Shown: piece after piece, positions 31,805-37,157 of the stretch
Numbering within the stretch: position 1 is the first letter of the stretch
Layout: each line of letters begins with the position of its first letter
Origin: Candidatus Uhrbacteria bacterium RIFCSPHIGHO2_02_FULL_53_13
Lineage (GTDB): Bacteria; Patescibacteriota; Patescibacteriia; UBA9934; UBA11717
NCBI GenBank assembly: GCA_001791035.1
Contig: MGDX01000004.1
Span: 1,423 to 38,579, forward strand
DNA length: 37,157 nucleotides
Direction: 5' to 3'
Program-made: the position numbers and the translations under genes
The notes under the pieces: model-generated
Seen by the model: the letters and a program-made list of their open reading frames with translations, nothing else
What the model was told of the DNA's origin: nothing
The model's database searches: none

Positions 31805-33244
31805 ATGTCTAAACTTCACCAAATCGCATCCAATACCGCGATGCAAATGCTGGGCCGCTTCGTGGGCACGGTATTTGGCGTTCTCACCATTGCTGTGATG
31901 ACGCGCGCACTCGGCGCCGAAGGATACGGCCACTTCACGCTCGCGTTTACCTTTTTGGCCGTCGCTGGCGCCATTGTGGATTTTGGCTTTACACTCACCA
32001 CGACGCAGATGATTTCGGAGGAAGACGCCGACGAGTCACGCATTGTCTCAAGCGCCATGACCGTGCGCATCGTCTCGGGCATCGTGCTGTTCGGCCTCGC
32101 GGCGCTCGTTGGCGCGTTCATGCCGTACGACCCAATCGTGCGCGCCACCATCGCCGTGGGCGCATTTTCGTTCTTCTTCATGACACTTTCGCAAATGTTC
32201 ATCGGCGTCTTCCAAAAACATTTGTCCATGTGGCGCCCGGCAACTGCCGAAGCCGTAAGCCGAGGCATCATTCTCATTTTGATCGTCGTTCTTGCAACCA
32301 CTCAAGTCTCCGTACCGCACATGATGGGCGCGTTTGCTGTCGGTAACGCCTTGATGGCGCTCATCAACATCCTCTTCGCGCGCTCGTTCACGCGCATTCG
32401 CCTTACGTGGCACCACAAAACCATCGTCACATTCATCTCACGCAGTTGGCCCATTGCCGCGACGATCTTTTTCAACCTGCTGTACCTCAAAGGCGATATT
32501 GTATTCATGTCATTTTACCGATCGAGTGAGGAGATTGGCTTGTACGGCGCCGCGTATAAAGTACTCGACGTGATTAGCGTTGTACCGACCATGTTCATGG
32601 GACTGATTTTGCCGATGCTTGTGTTGGCGTGGACCACCAAGCGCCGCCAAGAACTGCACGCGCTCTTGCAACAGGCATTTGATTTGTTCGCCATCATTTC
32701 CCTACCAATCTTGGGCGGTACATTCATTGTAGCCGGACCGCTCATGGCGCTTGCCGCCGGCGAAGAATTCCGCGCGTCCGGGCCATACTTGATGCTCTTG
32801 ATGCTTGCCAACACGTTTGTGTTCTTTGGGATTCTGTTTTCACACGCGGTCGTGGCTATTAACAAACAGCGCGCCATTATTCCGGCGTTTGTCATCACGG
32901 CCATCGTGGCAGTCGTCCTGTATTTGGCAACCATTCCAAGCTACGGTGCACTCGGCGCGGCATGGACGACCATCGTCTCGGAGGCGATGATCATGTGTTT
33001 GACATTTTGGATGGTGCGTAGAACCGCCGCATTCGCACCGCGATTCAAGAGTTTTGGCGTCGGACTTTTGTCAGCGTGCGCCATGACCGCGCTGGGCTTT
33101 TTGTACTTGCAGTGGGTCGGCAACACGAACGTCTGGAACTTGCTCGTTGTCGTCATCGGATGCGCCGCATTCTACGGCGTAAGCGTCGTGGCGCTTGGCG
33201 GCGTGCGCCTTGCCACGCTCAAGTCCATGCTCCCACGCGTATGA
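31805..33244 (+). CDS. Polysaccharide/oligosaccharide flippase (Wzx/MOP superfamily)
   Basis: The protein is 479 aa with about 12-14 TM helices. Its N-terminal IASNTAMQMLGRFVGTVFGVLTIAVMTRALGAEGYG is typical of the polysaccharide biosynthesis protein family. Confidence 0.8.
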   Translation: MSKLHQIASNTAMQMLGRFVGTVFGVLTIAVMTRALGAEGYGHFTLAFTFLAVAGAIVDFGFTLTTTQMISEEDADESRIVSSAMTVRIVSGIVLFGLAALVGAFMPYDPIVRATIAVGAFSFFFMTLSQMFIGVFQKHLSMWRPATAEAVSRGIILILIVVLATTQVSVPHMMGAFAVGNALMALINILFARSFTRIRLTWHHKTIVTFISRSWPIAATIFFNLLYLKGDIVFMSFYRSSEEIGLYGAAYKVLDVISVVPTMFMGLILPMLVLAWTTKRRQELHALLQQAFDLFAIISLPILGGTFIVAGPLMALAAGEEFRASGPYLMLLMLANTFVFFGILFSHAVVAINKQRAIIPAFVITAIVAVVLYLATIPSYGALGAAWTTIVSEAMIMCLTFWMVRRTAAFAPRFKSFGVGLLSACAMTALGFLYLQWVGNTNVWNLLVVVIGCAAFYGVSVVALGGVRLATLKSMLPRV

Positions 33245-34536
33245 TGTTTGTGATTGGCATTGTCGCGGCCCTCGTGTTATTTGCCGCCATCTGCTGGCGC
33301 TCTCTCCATTGGGGCGCGTTTGTTTTGTTGGCGTCACTGCCCGTGTATCTGATTCGATTCAATGTCGGGCCTCTGCCAACAACACTGCTCGAGGTCCTAT
33401 TCACCGTTTTGCTCGTCGCTTATCTTGTACGCTTTTTTTACGATCGTGAATTTTTCGTATCGTTCCGTGAGTTGCTTTTGCACCCGATTGTGCGGTGGAT
33501 TGGATGCGGCGTGCTTCTCCTATTCGTAGGCGGAGTTCTCGGCCTTACGCAAACTTCTGATCTGCTTTCTTCGCTTGGCATCCTCAAAAGTTACCTCGTG
33601 GAACCAGCGCTCTTCGGGTTGATGTTGCTTCATATCAATAAACAGGATCGATACCATGCACACCAGCCAATAGTTTTGTTCGCGCGCGCGCTGTCGATTC
33701 CAACCGCCATGATTAGCGTTTGGGCCCTCGTGCAGTGGTCCACGGGAATCACCATCCCCATTGAGTGGTTCGTGGAGCGCCGCGCAACCAGTATCTTCCC
33801 CTATCCGAATGCCGTTGGACACTTTGTGGCGCCAATCGTCGTGTTCCTTTTTGCCACACTACTCTACAGAAAACCGATGCCCATTTTCCGACGATCGTCA
33901 GAAATGTGGTACGTTGGTGTCATCGTCCTTGGACTGCTTGCCATGCTCGCTTCACAAACGGAAGCGGCGCTCATTGGCACCATTTTCGCTATGGGAGTTG
34001 GGGCGTTTTATCTCATACATCGCCCACTCAAACAGCGCCTGCTTGTTGGAGGCGCCGCGCTCGCCGTTCTTCTTATCGTTCTACTTGGCGTGTCGCCGCT
34101 TCGGCAAAAGGTGCTCCTGCAAGATTGGTCCGGCCAAACGCGTACAGCGCAGTGGTCGGAGACATGGAACCTACTCACCGCGTCTACTCGGACATTCGCG
34201 TTCGGTGTCGGCACAAACAACTACCCCACCGCCGTCCGACCGTTTCACACCGTCGAACATTTTGAAATCTTCCAATACCCTCACAATATCGTTCTGAACA
34301 TTTGGGTTGAGCTTGGGATGCTAGGACTCCTTGGATTCGCCGTCATTGCCCTCACCATCGGTAAGTCGTGGATCCACGGTTCCAGATTCTCGATTCTCGC
34401 ATCTCTTCCGCTCTTGGAAATGACCGTCCACGGCCTTGTGGACGTACCGTTTTTCAAAAACGATCTCTCCATGTTCACGTTCGCGTTTCTAGCCTTGTGG
34501 TTGACGGTCACCTTGAAACCCCCGAAACATCCGTGA
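33241..34536 (+). CDS. O-antigen ligase/polymerase-like (Wzy_C) membrane protein
   Basis: The start overlaps the flippase stop codon in an ATGA arrangement. The protein is polytopic and has the loop motif FGVGTNNY...PHNIVLNIWVELGMLGLL typical of the O-antigen ligase family. Confidence 0.8.
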   Translation: MMFVIGIVAALVLFAAICWRSLHWGAFVLLASLPVYLIRFNVGPLPTTLLEVLFTVLLVAYLVRFFYDREFFVSFRELLLHPIVRWIGCGVLLLFVGGVLGLTQTSDLLSSLGILKSYLVEPALFGLMLLHINKQDRYHAHQPIVLFARALSIPTAMISVWALVQWSTGITIPIEWFVERRATSIFPYPNAVGHFVAPIVVFLFATLLYRKPMPIFRRSSEMWYVGVIVLGLLAMLASQTEAALIGTIFAMGVGAFYLIHRPLKQRLLVGGAALAVLLIVLLGVSPLRQKVLLQDWSGQTRTAQWSETWNLLTASTRTFAFGVGTNNYPTAVRPFHTVEHFEIFQYPHNIVLNIWVELGMLGLLGFAVIALTIGKSWIHGSRFSILASLPLLEMTVHGLVDVPFFKNDLSMFTFAFLALWLTVTLKPPKHP

Positions 34537-35974
34537 GGAGCTGTTCCCAATCCGTGTCATCACTCGCCGTTTTGGCGAGCGTTTTTATGCGGTCAAAAAT
34601 CTCCGCTTTCTGCACATGCGCGCAGTCGTGCCAGAGGTTCGCCGCGCGCACAATCTTGCCAAAGTGCGGTCCCGGCTTCATACCAAGTGCGAGTAAATCG
34701 TTCCCACGAATAACGTCCGGCGGACGACGATCGCGTACGTCGAGTGTGCATGCGCGGTCGCCCAACCAGTCTAACGCCGCATGCCTTTCGCTCTTAGCAA
34801 AGTCATCGAGAAACGGGCCCCGCCCGAGCATATCCGCTTCAGCCACTAACAACAGGTGGTCGATGGTTGCCGGATGCACGCGCCGCGCAAGTGAGAAAAT
34901 AGCGCCGTCTCCAGGCGGAGAGTCGGATACCTGTTGGTGATACAGATCATACGGCGTCAAGTGATACGCCACGAGCGGCTCGACCGTATCGCGCAAGGAC
35001 TCCATACCAAAAAATTCAAGCACATCCCGAACGTGGCGAATTCCAACATGGCTGTGCTGATGCGAGCGAATTCTCCCCTTTATCATTTGCGTTGTCTCCG
35101 GTTTTCCAAGGTCGTGGCAAAATGCGCTAAGCATAATCACCAGTCGCAGAGCCCCCTCCAACCGCTCGCGCTTACACAACTTTGCCGCTACGTCGCACAC
35201 CATTCCCGTGTGAATCCACACATCGCCCTCGGGATGCCACTCCGGTTCTTGAGGCGTGGCCTTCATGGCCGCTACGATGGGCAGTGCGTCAAACACGCCA
35301 ATTAAGCGCGCCAGTTCAAGACCTCGCGAAGGAGTGTGCGCCTTCAAAAACAGCTTGCGCCATTCATCGCGATGACGATCGCGCGACAGTTCTTGGAGCG
35401 CCGGCACCATGGAACGCAAGAGTGCCTTCACGTCGTCGCTCACGGCAAGATTAAACCGCGCGGTCAACTGAACGGCGCGCAGAACGCGCAGAGGATCCTC
35501 CACAAATGTCGCAAAATCCACCGGCCGCAAAATGCGCGCACGCAAATCGTCACGTCCACCAAACGGATCCACGATTTCGTCCGACAGCACATCTTTGAGC
35601 ATCGCGTTGATGGTGAAATCACGGCGGCGCAGAGCCTCTTTTGGCGAGAGCAACGGATCTACATCCACGGCGAATCCCTTGTGTCCTTGTCCAATTTTCG
35701 AATCTCGGCGCGGAAGTGAAATATCCACTTCCACATCTTCCATAGTGGTGTGAAGCACGCCGAACGCCGCGCCAACTTCCTCGACGTTGGCAAAATGACT
35801 TTCGATAATCTTACGCAGTGCGCGCGGGGAGATGCCGTGCACCTCAATGTCAATGTCCTTGATGGGCGCGTTGAGCATCTCGTCGCGCACCGAACCTCCA
35901 ACAAAAAACGCACGTCCCTTGTTGAGAGCGACCGTTTCGGCAAACGCACGAATGGCTTTGTGAATCACCTGCAT
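34508..35974 (-). CDS. cca: CCA-adding tRNA nucleotidyltransferase with HD domain
   Basis: FVGGSVRDEML..IKDIDIEV is the GGxVRD and DxD motif region. RRDFTINAM and the HD motif FCHDLGK are also present. The ATG at 35974 is preferred to the listed TTG at 35992, which lies inside the upstream hairpin. The 3' end overlaps the convergent ligase gene by 29 nt. Confidence 0.9.
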   Translation of the reverse strand: MQVIHKAIRAFAETVALNKGRAFFVGGSVRDEMLNAPIKDIDIEVHGISPRALRKIIESHFANVEEVGAAFGVLHTTMEDVEVDISLPRRDSKIGQGHKGFAVDVDPLLSPKEALRRRDFTINAMLKDVLSDEIVDPFGGRDDLRARILRPVDFATFVEDPLRVLRAVQLTARFNLAVSDDVKALLRSMVPALQELSRDRHRDEWRKLFLKAHTPSRGLELARLIGVFDALPIVAAMKATPQEPEWHPEGDVWIHTGMVCDVAAKLCKRERLEGALRLVIMLSAFCHDLGKPETTQMIKGRIRSHQHSHVGIRHVRDVLEFFGMESLRDTVEPLVAYHLTPYDLYHQQVSDSPPGDGAIFSLARRVHPATIDHLLLVAEADMLGRGPFLDDFAKSERHAALDWLGDRACTLDVRDRRPPDVIRGNDLLALGMKPGPHFGKIVRAANLWHDCAHVQKAEIFDRIKTLAKTASDDTDWEQLLTDVSGVSR

Positions 35975-35980
35975 ATTCAG

Positions 35981-36144
35981 GGACCTCTGCAAAAGTCCAG
36001 CACGGCTCCACTACGGCAGGATTTGCCCCGTCATCTCGGTTCGATTTCTAACCGATATGTCCATATCGCCTTCAAAACCGATCCGAGATGACGGAACAAA
36101 TCCGGCTCGTACTGGCCACGCTACTCTGACTTTTGCAGAGATCC
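35981..36144 (-). ncRNA. 164-nt near-perfect RNA hairpin abutting the cca start codon (5'-UTR element or sRNA)
   Basis: Paired blocks include CTCTGCAAAAGTC (35985-35997) with GACTTTTGCAGAG (36128-36140), and GGATTTG..CCGTCATCTCGG with CCGAGATGACGG..CAAATCC. The apical hairpin is CGATAT-GTCC-ATATCG. Six C-A/A-C mismatches on the plus strand all become G-U pairs on the minus strand. Confidence 0.6.
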
Positions 36145-36200
36145 CTACACAGTATACAAGATCGCCGCCGGCAAGAGACCAGCGGCGCTTACGAAAAATC

Positions 36201-36587
36201 TTAGACAGGAGCGAGCTCGTCCAAAATAACAGCGATCGTGAAGAGCGTGTGATTATGATTGGGCGGACATAACAGCTCCAATCGCTCAAACACCAAGCGA
36301 ATCACACGCCGCTCATCGGACAGGGCGATAGGCGGAGTACTGCGCGCAATGAGCGCGGCCTCGGCACGCGCCTGTTCGGGCGTGCGCTCCTTCAACCATT
36401 CCAATAGTCCCTTCAACGCCTTAGCGTGTCGCTCGACTTCAATCCCCAAAGCACCGGCGGAGCGACAATACATCACGGCGAGAATTTCCTCGACCGTTGT
36501 GATGATGGCAGACACATCGTTGAATCCGCCGTCCAAACGCCTCAATAAATCATCCCAAAGTGCGTAGGTGGAACCTGTAGCGCTCAT
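36201..36587 (-). CDS. Hypothetical protein (128 aa, predicted helical)
   Basis: The ORF has genome-typical composition. I recognise no motif. Confidence 0.5.
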   Translation of the reverse strand: MSATGSTYALWDDLLRRLDGGFNDVSAIITTVEEILAVMYCRSAGALGIEVERHAKALKGLLEWLKERTPEQARAEAALIARSTPPIALSDERRVIRLVFERLELLCPPNHNHTLFTIAVILDELAPV

Positions 36588-36677
36588 GACACGGTCATAT
36601 CATCACATTTCTTTCGCGATGTAAAGAGATGAGTGGTGGGCTGGTGTGGTCTCGCAAGTCATCATTGTTAGCCCTTT

Positions 36678-36792
36678 CCGTCATTGCACTCACCTGTTCC
36701 GTCATTGCGAGCATAGCGAAGCAATCTAATCACTTGCATAAGATTGCTTCGTCGAACTCGCAATGACACACTAGAATAGACTCGCAATGACA
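36678..36792. repeat. Dispersed inverted-repeat family, locus R3
   Basis: The modules are CCGTCATTGCAC (36678-36689), CCGTCATTGCGAGCATAGCGAAGCAATCT (36699-36727), AGATTGCTTCGTCGAACTCGCAATGACA (36741-36768) and CTCGCAATGACA (36781-36792). Confidence 0.8.
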
Positions 36793-36848
36793 GAAGGGCA
36801 AGCGTTCGGAATGAACCATTAGAACAACTTGAACATCTCATTTGCCAA

Positions 36849-36865
36849 ATACCCTATGGGGGTAT
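36849..36865. promoter_or_regulatory. CsoR-type operator ATACCC-N5-GGGTAT
   Basis: ATACCCTATGGGGGTAT lies 16 nt upstream of the csoR-family ATG and overlaps a TATATAGT -10-like element. CsoR-family operators are described as TACCC...GGGTA-type G/C-tract inverted repeats. Confidence 0.6.
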
Positions 36866-36880
36866 ATAGTGGCGGCCTCT

Positions 36881-37147
36881 ATGGAGCACCACAATACCAA
36901 CAACATTCTTCGGCGACTCAATATTGCCGAAGGCCAAATCCGCGGTCTGCGAGAACTCATCAGCAACGGCGCGTATTGTATTGACGTCATTACGCAAACG
37001 TCTGCCATCAAACAGGCCCTCTCCGGCGTCGAGGACATGCTCCTCGAGAGTCACTTGAGCGCCTGCGTCGTGGATCAGATGAAGAAAGGAAACGAAAAAA
37101 AGGCTGTCGAAGAAATGATCAAAGTCTACAAACTCAAGCGACGCTGA
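36881..37147 (+). CDS. csoR: CsoR/RcnR-family metal-sensing transcriptional repressor
   Basis: ILRRLNIAEGQIRGLRELI....YCIDVITQTSAIKQALSGVEDMLLESHLSACV fits the DUF156 fold, with Cys (YC) and His-x4-Cys (HLSAC) at the positions of the Cu(I) ligand pattern. The ATG at 36881 is preferred to the listed TTG at 36842. An ATG at 37149 probably starts the regulated downstream gene, which is cut off by the window edge. Confidence 0.85.
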   Translation: MEHHNTNNILRRLNIAEGQIRGLRELISNGAYCIDVITQTSAIKQALSGVEDMLLESHLSACVVDQMKKGNEKKAVEEMIKVYKLKRR

Positions 37148-37157
37148 TATGAAATCG

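Noticed and set aside
34508-34536. The 29-nt convergent overlap of the O-antigen-ligase-like gene and cca, considered as a regulatory feature.
   Set aside because: Short 3'-3' overlaps are common in compact genomes, and I see no associated structure or motif. It is noted only as a sign of gene packing.
35981-36144. A MITE or transposon terminal-inverted-repeat explanation for the long hairpin, and protein-coding status for the overlapping ORFs 36011..36289 (minus) and 36057..36272 (plus).
   Set aside because: There is no target-site duplication and no second copy in the window. The mismatches are biased toward G-U on one strand, which is an RNA-level signature. The overlapping ORFs have no motifs and are a by-product of the palindromic sequence. 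A genome-wide copy count is still needed to exclude a repeat fully.
1-37157. An alternative genetic code (UGA recoding, as in some CPR lineages), or a prophage or integrative element next to the tRNA genes.
   Set aside because: All family-recognisable genes are full-length in the standard code, with TGA used as a stop (for example ruvA, the BASS gene and csoR). No integrase, transposase, phage structural gene or direct-repeat att-like duplication of a tRNA 3' end was seen.

Overview
This 37.2-kb window is compact chromosomal DNA that reads cleanly in the standard bacterial code. G+C looks like roughly 55-60% by eye. The gene content fits a small-genome Patescibacteria/CPR-like bacterium, with DUF4012, lamin-tail-domain and DUF11-like surface proteins, FemAB, SpoIID and a minimal sugar-phosphate gene pair. 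The backbone is housekeeping genes (glmS, ruvA, ileS, rpiB, an rpe-like gene, proS, ruvB, cca and four tRNAs, all with encoded CCA) plus cell-envelope genes. The envelope set is a GT4 glycosyltransferase, FemAB, a lytic transglycosylase, a D-Ala-D-Ala carboxypeptidase, SpoIID, a Wzx-like flippase and an O-antigen-ligase-like protein. A CsoR-type repressor with its operator sits at the right edge. Several things are not explained by the ORF track.
1. An AT-rich two-gene insert encodes a MerR-HTH::GHKL-ATPase fusion and a STAS-like (DUF4325) partner behind an operator-bearing promoter. It resembles a partner switch but has no obvious target.
2. Four intergenic units have the layout of independent structured RNAs: a sigma70-like promoter, a closing helix or serial hairpins, and an intrinsic terminator. 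One lies directly upstream of glmS. I could not assign any of them to a known RNA family by eye.
3. A 164-nt near-perfect hairpin abuts the cca start codon. Its mismatches become G-U pairs on the minus strand only, and it buries the cca Shine-Dalgarno sequence.
4. A 20-28 bp perfect palindrome (TTTTCTGACGATCGTCAGAAAA type) recurs five times and brackets the carboxypeptidase gene.
5. A dispersed inverted-repeat family (GTCATTGCGAG...CGAAGCAATCT) occupies four intergenic loci, and one copy supplies the C-terminal tail and stop codon of ruvB.
6. A 770-bp region has no ORF of 60 aa or more in the supplied six-frame track.
All RNA and function calls are made by eye and need covariance-model or homology searches. 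No transposase, integrase, CRISPR array or rRNA gene was seen.
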